A stretch of 32,000 bases of DNA from Cylindrospermopsis raciborskii Cr2010 (GTDB lineage: Bacteria; Cyanobacteriota; Cyanobacteriia; Cyanobacteriales; Nostocaceae): contig NZ_CP065936.1 of assembly GCF_003367075.2 (NCBI RefSeq), positions 720,001-752,000 on the forward strand, given 5' to 3'. This document shows positions 1-9,584 of the stretch, in pieces (the stretch's first letter is position 1; every line of letters starts with the position of its first letter). The position numbers and the translations under genes are program-made. A model generated the notes under the pieces. That model ran no database searches. It saw nothing but the letters and a program-made list of their open reading frames with translations, and was not told the DNA's origin.

Positions 1-393
1 GTTGATCATCCTTCCGTTGGTGATGATACCGGGGTTGTGGGATCAGAAATTATCCGCTTTGATCGCTGGAGTCAAGGAAATCGCACTCCCAAATGGCGAG
101 CAGTAATTCCCTATGACAATACAGGTCAACGAGAAGTATCTACTGCTGCTATGAGCGTAGCAGGAGATTATGTATTTGCTGTTACAGTTAAAACTGCGGA
201 GGTCTATGTTTATAGAAACGATACGGGAAAATTTGTGCGCAAATTTGGTCCAGGTCCAGAAGTCGGTAAGGAAAGTGGTTGGGTGGATATTCCCCATGGT
301 ATTCGAGCTTTTCGTCGTCGCAATGGTGAATACTTATTGTTTGTAGAGGAGAATAGAAATGGCAAGGTGATTATTTATCGGTTCCGTTTTTAA
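1..393 (+). CDS. C-terminal fragment of an uncharacterised, possibly beta-propeller-like protein (5' end outside window)
   Basis: Frame 1 is open from base 1 (VDHPSVGDDTGVVGSEIIRF...) through the listed 37..393 ORF. The protein is beta-rich with repeat-like segments (AMSVAGDYVFAVTVKTAEVYVY; GIRAFRRRNGEYLLFVEENRNGKVIIY). Confidence 0.6.
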   Translation, partial: VDHPSVGDDTGVVGSEIIRFDRWSQGNRTPKWRAVIPYDNTGQREVSTAAMSVAGDYVFAVTVKTAEVYVYRNDTGKFVRKFGPGPEVGKESGWVDIPHGIRAFRRRNGEYLLFVEENRNGKVIIYRFRF

Positions 394-491
394 AAACAAT
401 GACCATCTTCATATTCACATTCTGAATTTACACAATCAACAAATATCAGGTGTCTACATTCATTATCATAGTGAATAGGTTGTTAAGTAGG

Positions 492-598
492 TGAGTGGAA
501 TTAAACATAAGATGAACGTAGGTTGGGTTGAGGAACGAAACCCAACGCCCCCATGGGTTACCCTACCACTAACCCATCCTACAAATAATTGTGCCTCC
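492..598 (+). repeat. MITE-like/dispersed hairpin repeat, copy 1
   Basis: Two adjacent stem-loops: GTTGGGTT(522-529)/AACCCAAC(539-546) and ATGGGTTA(553-560)/TAACCCAT(570-577). A second inverted copy shares the flanks GAGTGGAATTAAAYATAAGAT and AACCCATCCTACAAATAATTGTGCCTCC at 13229-13309. Confidence 0.75.
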
Positions 599-693
599 CT
601 ACTTAGCTAAATTCTGGCTTTAGCTATAACGCCTATGACCATGGGATTGATGTTCATTAACAAGTTGATCCGTAATTAATAAATGACGGTTTT

Positions 694-1497
694 ATGAGTA
701 GTTTTATGAGGAATATGCAAAAAACAACTTTGAGTAAATTACAAAGATTAATTCCCATTCATTTTTTAAGTACCATTCAGTATATCCATGCCTGTTTACT
801 TTCGCACTGGATTTTACGATGGGGGAGTCAACCAATAGCATTGACCACAGCACCAGTTATGGTTTTCTCCCCCCATCAGGATGATGAGACTTTTGGCTGC
901 GGGGGAATGATTGCTCGCAAACGACAACAGGCAATTAGGGTGGGAGTGGTGTTTCTTACCGATGGAAGAGGTTCCCATGGACTAGAACCTAATATCCAAA
1001 ATCAGGTTATGCAAATTCGTCAGCAGGAGTCCCTACAAGCATTAGAAATTTTGGGAGTTCCCCAAACAGAAATTAAGTTTTTAAATAGGGAGGATGGCAG
1101 TTTATTAGATTTGAATATTTCTCAAAAAAGACAACTGATCTCAGAAATAGTTACTTTGTTAAGAGATTATCAACCAGGTGAGGTTTATGTGCCTCATTTT
1201 AAGGATTGTCACAGAGATCACGAGGCTACATATTCTCTGGTAAAAGAGGCGATCGCCGAAAGTGGAATAAGCGTAGAACTTTTGCAGTACCCTATTTGGA
1301 TTTTTTGGAGAGCACCATTATTTATTCTGTTAAAATTACGGGATATTGCCCCAGCTTATAGATTATCAGTTGCACAAGTTCAATCTCAAAAACAACAGGC
1401 GATCGCCGCCTATTCTTCTCAAATATCCACTCTTCCTCGGGGCTTTATTAAGAGATTTTTACAAGCGGAAGAAATCTTCTTTAAAACGGAATATTAA
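694..1497 (+). CDS. PIG-L/LmbE family deacetylase
   Basis: Family motif VMVFSPHQDDETFGCGGMIARKRQ (PHxDDE), then VVFLTDGRGSHG and the C-terminal VYVPHFKDCHRDHEAT. Start codon uncertain; the core begins at about residue 50. Confidence 0.88.
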   Translation: MSSFMRNMQKTTLSKLQRLIPIHFLSTIQYIHACLLSHWILRWGSQPIALTTAPVMVFSPHQDDETFGCGGMIARKRQQAIRVGVVFLTDGRGSHGLEPNIQNQVMQIRQQESLQALEILGVPQTEIKFLNREDGSLLDLNISQKRQLISEIVTLLRDYQPGEVYVPHFKDCHRDHEATYSLVKEAIAESGISVELLQYPIWIFWRAPLFILLKLRDIAPAYRLSVAQVQSQKQQAIAAYSSQISTLPRGFIKRFLQAEEIFFKTEY

Positions 1498-1542
1498 TTC
1501 TAGAGAAAATCAGTTTAAAAAAATACTGAGGAGTAAAAATAA

Positions 1543-2655
1543 ATGCGAATTTTACACTTAACTAACCATATTCAAAATGTTGGTAACGGTATTGTCAATG
1601 TGGCAGTAGATTTGGCTTGTTTACAAGCCACAGACGGTTTAGAAGTGGCAATTGCTTCCCTGGGAGGAGAATACGAAATACTCTTAGAAAAGTATGGTAT
1701 TTCTCACTTTGAATTAGACCAGTCCCGGAGAGTAACCAAGTTAATTAAGGCAGTTTATTCCTACCGGGACATAATTAAAAAATTTCAACCTGATATAGTT
1801 CATTGCCACATGATGACAGGAGTTTTACTAGCAGGAATTTTTAGAAATAATCATGAATATGGTTTAGTTGCTACAGTGCATAATGAATTCCAACGCAGTG
1901 CAATATTAATGGGATTAGCAGATCGGGTAATTGCAGTCAGTCATGCGGTGGCTAATTCGATGATCCGTCGTGGAATCCCATCCCGAAAATTGCGGGTAGT
2001 TGCTAATGGCACTTTGGGGAGTCCCAGACATAAAAAAATTCAAGAATATCAACCTATGAAATTACATCATCCAGCTATTACTACAGTAGCAGGAATGTAC
2101 ACGCGCAAAGGCATTAGTGAATTAATTCAAGCCTTTCAAATCATTGCCCAGGATTTTACTCAAGCTCATCTCTATATTGTGGGTGAAGGTCCCGATCGGA
2201 CTATGTTTGAAGCCATGGTACAAAAGTGTGGGGAACTTAAACATCGTATTCATTTTGAAGGATTTCAACCGGAACCACAAAGATATATGTTATCAACAGA
2301 TATCTTTGTTTTGGCTTCCCATTGTGAGTCATTTGGCTTGGTTCTCACGGAAGCTAGAGAAGCTGGTTGTGCTATTGTTGCTACTGATGTAGATGGCATT
2401 CCAGAAACTTTAGATTATGGTCAAGCAGGTATTTTAGTTCCTCCTCAAGATAGTCAAAGTTTGGCTTATGCTTTAATCCAACTTTTGAGGGATCGCCATA
2501 AGCTACAAGCTTGGAAATTACGTGGTCAACAAAATCTTCAAAGATTTAGCACCACACGTGTGAGTGAGGAAACTTTGAGCATATACCGGGAATTAAGCAA
2601 CAAATATAATGTCTTCTCCCCTATTGACACCAGGCAATTGGTAACGGGTAAGTAG
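1543..2655 (+). CDS. Family-4 glycosyltransferase (GT-B)
   Basis: MRILHLTNHIQNVGNGIVNVAVDLA; DIVHCHMMTGVLLAG; RVIAVSHAVANSMIRRGIPSRKLRVVANG; C-terminal EARE-type motif SHCESFGLVLTEAREAGCAIVATDVDGIPE. Confidence 0.9.
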   Translation: MRILHLTNHIQNVGNGIVNVAVDLACLQATDGLEVAIASLGGEYEILLEKYGISHFELDQSRRVTKLIKAVYSYRDIIKKFQPDIVHCHMMTGVLLAGIFRNNHEYGLVATVHNEFQRSAILMGLADRVIAVSHAVANSMIRRGIPSRKLRVVANGTLGSPRHKKIQEYQPMKLHHPAITTVAGMYTRKGISELIQAFQIIAQDFTQAHLYIVGEGPDRTMFEAMVQKCGELKHRIHFEGFQPEPQRYMLSTDIFVLASHCESFGLVLTEAREAGCAIVATDVDGIPETLDYGQAGILVPPQDSQSLAYALIQLLRDRHKLQAWKLRGQQNLQRFSTTRVSEETLSIYRELSNKYNVFSPIDTRQLVTGK

Positions 2656-2719
2656 CTTGGGGGATAATTTCAAAGTCTAGACTAAGCCACATTGTCATTT
2701 CTTAATCTCCTATATATAA

Positions 2720-3631
2720 CTATATATCAACTAGTTTTTTATGAGTCAAATGCATGGCAATTCCTTTTTCATAATAGGCAGCTTCATTAATAAAAACTGG
2801 ATAAACTGTAGACTCTCCTTGGTAAAAAATCTCTTGATTATCAAAGGTTAGAAAAATTGCATCACCGAAATTTAGTGGTTGATAATCTTTATATTCAAGT
2901 TGGGGATGAATCATCCCTTGGAGATCCCCCAATTCATTTCTGGGGTAGTCAACTGTACTCATAAATTCATAAACTTTTAGTTTCTTCCCATTGGACTTCT
3001 GATTAATGGAAATTTTACCTTGATTATAGTTTTCAAAAAAATCTAATATTGCATAAACGATTTTTGCTGTTTGTTGAAATAGTTGGGCATTTAAAACTCC
3101 TTGAGGGACAGGACCTACTTCTAAAGTGAAACCTAGTTCACTTAAAGAACGCAAAAAACCACCACTGGGTGTTTCTGGGTGAAAACATACTTTAATTAAG
3201 GGACTTATACTGGTTAAGTGAGCTATTAAAGTGAGCAATATGGGGTGCATACTATTAATGATCATACATAATCCCATATTGGCAGTGGTTGTATGTATGT
3301 CAATTATAGCATCTAATTTTTGGGGATGGTGTGGTTGCAGAAGTTGCCAAATTTCCTTAGCTCTTGATTCCTCATATATAGAAGTATTGGCATTGAATAA
3401 TATGTCTTTGGTAAAACAACGATTCAAATCTTTATCAACATATCTTCTCCCAGCATTAATAGCTGGGGTGTTACCAAGTAAACAGATGGTTTCAAAAGTT
3501 TCTCTCTCAATTAAATTTCCATACTTTTCAAAGGTTTTGACCAAATAAACTCCAATCAGTTCATTACCGTGAATTCCTCCTGCAATTATTACTCGACTGA
3601 TTTCACGATTAATTGGCTGGTATGCTAACAT
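2720..3631 (-). CDS. Aspartoacylase / succinylglutamate desuccinylase (AstE/AspA) family zinc hydrolase
   Basis: VIIAGGIHGNELIGVYLVKTF, LLGNTPAINAGRRYVDKDLNRCF, IIDIHTTTANMGLCMI: the HGNE, DLNR and DxHT motifs of the family. Confidence 0.85.
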   Translation of the reverse strand: MLAYQPINREISRVIIAGGIHGNELIGVYLVKTFEKYGNLIERETFETICLLGNTPAINAGRRYVDKDLNRCFTKDILFNANTSIYEESRAKEIWQLLQPHHPQKLDAIIDIHTTTANMGLCMIINSMHPILLTLIAHLTSISPLIKVCFHPETPSGGFLRSLSELGFTLEVGPVPQGVLNAQLFQQTAKIVYAILDFFENYNQGKISINQKSNGKKLKVYEFMSTVDYPRNELGDLQGMIHPQLEYKDYQPLNFGDAIFLTFDNQEIFYQGESTVYPVFINEAAYYEKGIAMHLTHKKLVDI

Positions 3632-3687
3632 TTTGATGCCCTACTCTGATGTTTTTATCAGTCTAGCATCTTTGGTAGTTTGTTTTA

Positions 3688-5112
3688 TTAATAATGGTGT
3701 TTATAATATTTATGGGCAGCCATAGATACAGCTAAGAACCCCCACATAATCATACCCGCAACACCTAACATCCCGCTGTAAATAATTAACTGGGCACATG
3801 AACTTATGCCAATAGCACGAGCTGCACTGATAAAAACATCCCGTTTAGCTTCAGTACAGTTAATCACAGCAACCAGGATCAGGACTAATCCGCTAGTATA
3901 GGGTATGGCACCAAACCAACCCAGGGTAAAAAACATATCTAAAATGCCACTGTCAATGACAACAACTTCAATCTGTCCTGTCTTTTCATTTACCTTCCAA
4001 ATATTTCCTACTCCATTACCCAGAGGGGTAGAAAGTGCTAAGTTTAGATTCCTATCATAAGTTTTAGATCTGTCCTGAAAACTACTATCCTCTTCTAACT
4101 TGGAAAAACTTTCAAGCCGTGTGGTCACAACTTCAGAAATAGGTTTTATGGTGACTAAGGGTATAATACTAAGAACCATTATTAAAATGATTACTGCTAG
4201 GCGCATTTGAACTTTTGCTTTTACAGAACCTAGCATGATGAGAATTCCCAATAACCAACATCCCCAACTAGTGCGAACTTGTGACAGTAAAAATGACAAA
4301 TACCCTACCACTGAAGCAGGAAAAATTAAAGGTCCATAACTGGTAAATAGCAATAGTAATCCTGTTTGCATAACCGCACCGAAAGTACCTGGTGAGTGCA
4401 GGATACTCCAAACTCTCATGCCAAATGGTTTGGGAGATCCAGCACTGGTAAACATTTTTGACTCTACTAACCAAAATCTGTCCCACTCAGGAGCAAATAT
4501 AAATTGATATATCCCATAGGCTCCTATTAGTAAAACAGCCCAAATAAACACCCGTTGTATATTTTGGCGATAGCTGGGATAATCTCGCCAATTGATAAAT
4601 AAATGAAAGCCAAAAATAATTGGAGTAAACCAGTCTAAAAAGCCTCGGATAACTGATATTGGTTGATTGTAAAGCAGTCCAACTAACAATCCATAAATAA
4701 CAGCGATTAAGGCTAAGATAAACGGTAATCCCCCTTCTTTGAGAGCGCGAGGTAAGTTTTTAATTATCGAAGCAGTAGTTATCAGTACTACTAAATAAGG
4801 TGCTACTAAAATTTGACGGGTGGGATCCCAACCCACTCGATAATCTATTAATCTTGCTAATAATGGGGTAATAAACCATATCCACCAGGTAAAACCAAGA
4901 TAGAGAATGGAATGACGCAAATATAAAAATATTCCTACTAGAAGGGCGCTAACAGGAAAAATAATTCTTAGTAAGTTGGCAGCACCGACAAAATAACAGG
5001 TACTTATAAATAGAATAAAGGAAAAAATGATTACCCAACTTTGGGCTGATCTATCTTCCGGGGAATAGGAGGATTGTAAAAAGCTATTGAAAAGCAGTTG
5101 TTTGGAAGTCAC
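3688..5112 (-). CDS. O-antigen ligase / Wzy-like polysaccharide polymerase family membrane protein
   Basis: Multi-TM protein with a periplasmic-loop pattern typical of the family (FWLVESKMFTSAGSPKPFGMRVWSILHSPGTFGAVMQTGLLLL ... LALSTPLGNGVGNIW). It is co-linear with the glycosyltransferase genes. Confidence 0.75.
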   Translation of the reverse strand: MTSKQLLFNSFLQSSYSPEDRSAQSWVIIFSFILFISTCYFVGAANLLRIIFPVSALLVGIFLYLRHSILYLGFTWWIWFITPLLARLIDYRVGWDPTRQILVAPYLVVLITTASIIKNLPRALKEGGLPFILALIAVIYGLLVGLLYNQPISVIRGFLDWFTPIIFGFHLFINWRDYPSYRQNIQRVFIWAVLLIGAYGIYQFIFAPEWDRFWLVESKMFTSAGSPKPFGMRVWSILHSPGTFGAVMQTGLLLLFTSYGPLIFPASVVGYLSFLLSQVRTSWGCWLLGILIMLGSVKAKVQMRLAVIILIMVLSIIPLVTIKPISEVVTTRLESFSKLEEDSSFQDRSKTYDRNLNLALSTPLGNGVGNIWKVNEKTGQIEVVVIDSGILDMFFTLGWFGAIPYTSGLVLILVAVINCTEAKRDVFISAARAIGISSCAQLIIYSGMLGVAGMIMWGFLAVSMAAHKYYKHHY

Positions 5113-5117
5113 TTTTT

Positions 5118-6074
5118 TTAGGAGTTGGAAATTATCAATTGATTGGTTTTATTGGTTTGCCATGCTTGCCAACGCCCAAGCAAAGAAGCGTGCAATTTTT
5201 TGTTAACAATTCTCCCTTGACTAGGTAAAAATCTTAACCATTGTACTATGCCTAAAGCATCTCTTGTTCCTATGAATATTGCCCATAATAAAAAAACGAT
5301 TTGTCTTAAAGGTGGCAAGTATTCTAGTAAAACTAGGGTTTCATTATGAACTAGGTTGGTTAGGGCAATTTCATTGAAATTTTCCCTCTGATCTTCATCA
5401 AAACGTGTGGCTGGGTAGTGATCTACTGCTATATGGGGATCATAAATTATTTTCCATCCCACACGTTTAAGAGCTAGGGTAAATGCCATTTCAAAATGTA
5501 CTTGAGCTCCTGTACCGCGCATCCTTTCATCAAAAGTTAGTTTCCCTATGGACTGGGTGCGAAAACTCATGTTTACACCTTTGAGAACATCTACTTCGCG
5601 AGCTTTTCCTGTTCCTAGATGATGATTACCAATAACCCTTCCAAACCACTGTACACGTCCCACAACCGCACGGGAATCTCCCTCCACCTTATCTCCCCTA
5701 TGTACCCAGTCTCTTCCACCTACTGCACCAATATCAGCATCTTTGGTGAAATGGGCAGTGATTTTTTCCAACCAGTCAGGATGGGGTGCAGCATCATCAT
5801 CGGTGATGGATAGGACATCACCATTGACAACTTTTAATCCAGTGTTCAGAGCTTGTACTACTCCTGGTTTGGTAACTGTAACTATTTGCAATGGTAGGTT
5901 ATCAGAAGATAGTTCACTTGGTAATTGATTTAAAAATTCCCAGGTCTGTGTATCCACATCCCTAACCACTATAATTATTTGATTAGCTGGTCTAGTTTGG
6001 GCTTGCAGTGCGACAAGGCAACGCCATAGATCGTGGGGACGACGATAAGTAGGGATAAGAACCGTATTGCGCAT
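5118..6074 (-). CDS. Family-2 glycosyltransferase (GT-A)
   Basis: VLIPTYRRPHDLWRCLVALQAQTRPANQIIIV; LNTGLKVVNGDVLSITDDDAAPHPDWLEKI (DDD metal-binding); GGRDW. Confidence 0.9.
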   Translation of the reverse strand: MRNTVLIPTYRRPHDLWRCLVALQAQTRPANQIIIVVRDVDTQTWEFLNQLPSELSSDNLPLQIVTVTKPGVVQALNTGLKVVNGDVLSITDDDAAPHPDWLEKITAHFTKDADIGAVGGRDWVHRGDKVEGDSRAVVGRVQWFGRVIGNHHLGTGKAREVDVLKGVNMSFRTQSIGKLTFDERMRGTGAQVHFEMAFTLALKRVGWKIIYDPHIAVDHYPATRFDEDQRENFNEIALTNLVHNETLVLLEYLPPLRQIVFLLWAIFIGTRDALGIVQWLRFLPSQGRIVNKKLHASLLGRWQAWQTNKTNQLIISNS

Positions 6075-7194
6075 TTTGGATTACTTCATTAAATAAATCT
6101 AAATAGTTTTGTGCCATTATCTTCCAGCTATATTGCTCAGCAATAGCACGAGCAGCCTTGCCCATTTTTTGACGTAACTGATAATCGCTTTTTAGCAATT
6201 CTAAAGACTGAGCTAGGCTATTTATATCATTGCAGTCAGCTAATACAATTCCACAAGCAGGGGTAACTAGATCTGCTGCACCTGTGCTTTTGGACGTAAT
6301 TACTGGTAAACCAGAAGCCATTGCTTCAATTACTACTAGTCCAAAAGGTTCATAACGGGAAGGAAATACAAAAAAATCTGCTGCTTTTTGCAGAAGTGGC
6401 ATATCTCGACGATAACCTAAAAAATGTACTCGTTGACCTAATTGTAATTTTTCTACCATTTTGGGATAGGGACTATTTTTAGTTTCTCCCACCACGGCTA
6501 AATGTAAATCGGGAACTTTTACTAAGGCCTGAAGTACCGTATCTAAATTTTTGCGGGAGATACGAATATCTCCTGCAAACATTGCTAAAGTGACATTTTT
6601 TGGTAAACCTAATTCCTCCCTTTCTATGCTTCCCGGTGTGAATTCTTCTAGGTCTACTCCATTGGCAATCACGCGAATTTTTCTGGGATCTACACCAATA
6701 TTTATTAGTTCCTCCGCCACTTTTGTGGAAACCGCTACCACAACTTTACTTTTGCGAAATGCCTGTTTTTCCCAATAGGAATTGATCCCGGTATATAGCC
6801 ACTGATATAAACCATATAGGTCTCGATGCTCTTGAGAAATATGTACAGGCGATCGCCACCAAGAGTTATGTACAAAATGCACAGCATTGACATCACTATT
6901 AACTCCAGTAATTGCACCATTAACTTTTACGATGTCAAACTCTCCCCGATGATCTCGTAACCAGCTGCCACTTTTTTGGGCAAAGACCAAATTACGAATG
7001 AATTCGGTGGGATATTTATGGACAATAATTGGAACCCAATCAACGGAAATACTGTCTGCTAGTTCAGGAGCGACTTCACTGGCCAATAATGTTAATTGAT
7101 GACCACGACGTAGCAATTCCATCGCTATTTCATAATTAACTCTACCCTGGCCATCACCTTTTCTAATCTTGTGGGTGACAATACAGATTTTCAC
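5992..7194 (-). CDS. Family-4 glycosyltransferase (GT-B)
   Basis: MKICIVTHKIRKGDGQGRVNYEIAMELLRRGHQLTLLAS; VVAVSTKVAEELINIGVDPRKIRVIANGVDLEEF; FPSRYEPFGLVVIEAMASGLPVITSKSTGAADLV. Confidence 0.92.
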   Translation of the reverse strand: MKICIVTHKIRKGDGQGRVNYEIAMELLRRGHQLTLLASEVAPELADSISVDWVPIIVHKYPTEFIRNLVFAQKSGSWLRDHRGEFDIVKVNGAITGVNSDVNAVHFVHNSWWRSPVHISQEHRDLYGLYQWLYTGINSYWEKQAFRKSKVVVAVSTKVAEELINIGVDPRKIRVIANGVDLEEFTPGSIEREELGLPKNVTLAMFAGDIRISRKNLDTVLQALVKVPDLHLAVVGETKNSPYPKMVEKLQLGQRVHFLGYRRDMPLLQKAADFFVFPSRYEPFGLVVIEAMASGLPVITSKSTGAADLVTPACGIVLADCNDINSLAQSLELLKSDYQLRQKMGKAARAIAEQYSWKIMAQNYLDLFNEVIQNAQYGSYPYLSSSPRSMALPCRTASPN

Positions 7195-7390
7195 TTCTCA
7201 CCTCAAACTTCTAGTTGTTCTAGTCCTAAAAACTTCTGCTAATTTTTTTACCATTATCTGTTATAAAACTAATACAGGAATAAACCTACAAATTAACGGA
7301 ACTGAAAAATCATCTCCCAAAATTTGTTTATTTGGTCTATGCTACGATTATATAAAAAATCTGGCTAAGATCAAGATTAATGTCTAATCT

Positions 7391-8383
7391 TCATGAATTA
7401 CTGCTCAAAAATTTATTAATTAATTTTGGATGAAAGAAACTAATTAATAAGGCAATAATAGTCCGGAAATTCAATCTTCCTTGCCGTAAAACTTCCCAAA
7501 AATAAGAACGTGCCGCAGATGGTTGATTTTCTCTTATCAGTCCAATACCTAGTGTTGTATGTGCTTCTAACCATAATTTTTTAAAGTGATTATAGAAAGA
7601 CTGTAAATGGGGGTCATTCATAAATATCTTATAACAGAAAATTTCACTTTCAGCCTTGCTGATTTTTGCTTTTACATTGCGTCTACCACTGAGCATAGTT
7701 TCCGTTTGTTCATGTTCGCGATAGTAAGTTAGTTTTTCTGGGACATAGTAAGCACCATAGCCAGATACAGAGGATAAATATGTCAAATATAAGTCCCACA
7801 TTCCTCCTACCTGCAAGGGAATAGCATCCCAATTAATCAAACCATTACGAATTACACAAGCAGCAGCGGTGGGGATACTTTTATCGACTAATCCCATTTT
7901 TAAAAAATTCCTATGTATTCCAAGGGATATTTGATCTCGTTTATAAGCACGAGAACTTTTCTGGGTGGCATCAAGATTGATTTGACCATTAGCATCTATA
8001 ATATATTGGTCACAAAAAGCAAGAATCAAATCCGAATTGTTCTCCAAATGTGGTATGAGTGTGGCAAGAAAATCAGGATGCCATAGGTCATCATCATGGA
8101 GAGTAGCGATATATTTACCCCGTGCCATTTTGAGAGCATGAATCTGATTTTTGAGCATCCCTACATTTTGTGGGTGTTGCCAAAATCTGATCCGTGGATC
8201 ACAAAAATCAGCTACTAAATTTGCTGGACTTTCTGGACTACAATTATCCGAAACAATAATTTCAATATTCTGATATGTTTGAAGAGCAGCACTGAAAATT
8301 GCTTGTTTGAGATATTGAGGACGATTATAAGTAGGGATAATCACACTAACTAAGGGTGGTAGTAAGTCAGAAGTTATGGACAT
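7391..8383 (-). CDS. Family-2 glycosyltransferase
   Basis: LVSVIIPTYNRPQYLKQAIFSAALQTYQNIEIIVSDNCSPES; MARGKYIATLHDDDLWHPDFL. Confidence 0.92.
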   Translation of the reverse strand: MSITSDLLPPLVSVIIPTYNRPQYLKQAIFSAALQTYQNIEIIVSDNCSPESPANLVADFCDPRIRFWQHPQNVGMLKNQIHALKMARGKYIATLHDDDLWHPDFLATLIPHLENNSDLILAFCDQYIIDANGQINLDATQKSSRAYKRDQISLGIHRNFLKMGLVDKSIPTAAACVIRNGLINWDAIPLQVGGMWDLYLTYLSSVSGYGAYYVPEKLTYYREHEQTETMLSGRRNVKAKISKAESEIFCYKIFMNDPHLQSFYNHFKKLWLEAHTTLGIGLIRENQPSAARSYFWEVLRQGRLNFRTIIALLISFFHPKLINKFLSSNS

Positions 8384-8387
8384 GTTG

Positions 8388-9584
8388 TTAACTCACCTTT
8401 TGATAAATGGTTTCTAGGAAACGTAAAGCTGTGGGAGCAGGACTATAATTTTTCATAGCCCATTTTCTACCCTCTGTAGCAATTGCTGGTAAAATTTCCG
8501 GTTGATCCGCTATTCTTTCAATTGTGGCTTTAACATTATCTAAATCCACACCAATATAATGTGCCCAATTTTCTGGCATAACAGGTAAACAAACACCATA
8601 TTTTTCAAAATCCACATGAAAAGTAACACATCCAGCTGCTAAAGATTCCCACAATCGCCAACTGTCCCACTGTACTATCTGATGGGATTTTAACTGTAAA
8701 TGATTGAGCATTTGCTTACCTATACGATTCAGTAAACTGGCTGGGTCATCAGGCCAGCTAGGCACAAAAAAACCTCCAAAACAAGCACAAGCAATGGAGT
8801 TTTTTAGACGCTGGTAAAAGCTGGGATAATGTCTCTTACCGGTTTGTAACCACTGCAATTGATGATATGGGTCTGATGTTAGATTGTGGGGACTATCAAT
8901 AGTGTGGTCTATGGAGAAAATTTTACTGATTTGGGGTATAAACATCCGAGAACTAATATTTCTCACAGGATGGCCTTTTTTCCAGTGGCGAAAATTAACC
9001 AAAATTTGTTTTTGACGATCATCAAAATCTGGCACTGTGTTCAGTTCTCGCAAAATTCGACTGCTTAAACCAAAAGCCCAAGGGTAAAAATTATTCCTAG
9101 ATTTACTATTTCCATATTGTAACTTACGATTATAATGGGTTCGAAAAATAAAATCAAACTGGTTGAATTCAGGTCTAAACCTATAAGTTTTATCACTGTC
9201 TTCTCCATCTAAGTAAACCGTAAGATATCCACGATTCGGTTTAAATAGATTATCTACCCAGGCATAATTAACAGACAACCAAATATTAGTCAATATAACC
9301 AAGTCACAATCATCAAAGGTAATATTTGGGTTATAATTAAAAAGATATTTTTCCTCTTGAGATGATTCTAACCAATAATTTACATTAGCAAAAAATGAGA
9401 TTCCTAGTTCCTGAAAACCTTCAGCTAAACAAACCAGTAAATGTTGAAACTGATCACCAACATCATCCAACTCTCGAGGATCACATAAAAAATATACTTT
9501 ACCATTAAACTTATGTTTCAACTGTGCAATTATTGTCATGTGTTTTGTATATTTGATAAAGAACCAGAAACTATCTGATATCAT
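8388..9584 (-). CDS. Probable GT-B glycosyltransferase-like protein
   Basis: C-terminal WDSWRLWESLAAGCVTFHVDFEKYG...ENWAHYIGVDLDN resembles the C-terminal half of GT-B/exostosin-like glycosyltransferases. The annotated start overlaps the hepA end; MTIIAQLKHKFNGKVYFLCDPREL (about 9539) is an alternative start. Confidence 0.6.
   Translation of the reverse strand: MISDSFWFFIKYTKHMTIIAQLKHKFNGKVYFLCDPRELDDVGDQFQHLLVCLAEGFQELGISFFANVNYWLESSQEEKYLFNYNPNITFDDCDLVILTNIWLSVNYAWVDNLFKPNRGYLTVYLDGEDSDKTYRFRPEFNQFDFIFRTHYNRKLQYGNSKSRNNFYPWAFGLSSRILRELNTVPDFDDRQKQILVNFRHWKKGHPVRNISSRMFIPQISKIFSIDHTIDSPHNLTSDPYHQLQWLQTGKRHYPSFYQRLKNSIACACFGGFFVPSWPDDPASLLNRIGKQMLNHLQLKSHQIVQWDSWRLWESLAAGCVTFHVDFEKYGVCLPVMPENWAHYIGVDLDNVKATIERIADQPEILPAIATEGRKWAMKNYSPAPTALRFLETIYQKVS

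Noticed and set aside
43-297. Other antisense or out-of-frame short ORFs (e.g. 43..297, 1346..1561, 2144..2392, 3231..3548, 4268..4486, 5619..5813, 5743..5928, 6551..6778, 8886..9068, 13745..13981, 14072..14329, 16209..16412, 17391..17576, 24700..24885, 26921..27121, 28450..28638, 28858..29064)
   Set aside because: All lie inside strongly supported coding sequences in other frames and show no domain signature.
7169-7387. Plus-strand 72-aa ORF between two minus-strand glycosyltransferases
   Set aside because: Low-complexity K/N/I-rich product, antisense to the operon and partly overlapping the GT4 start. No support as a gene.
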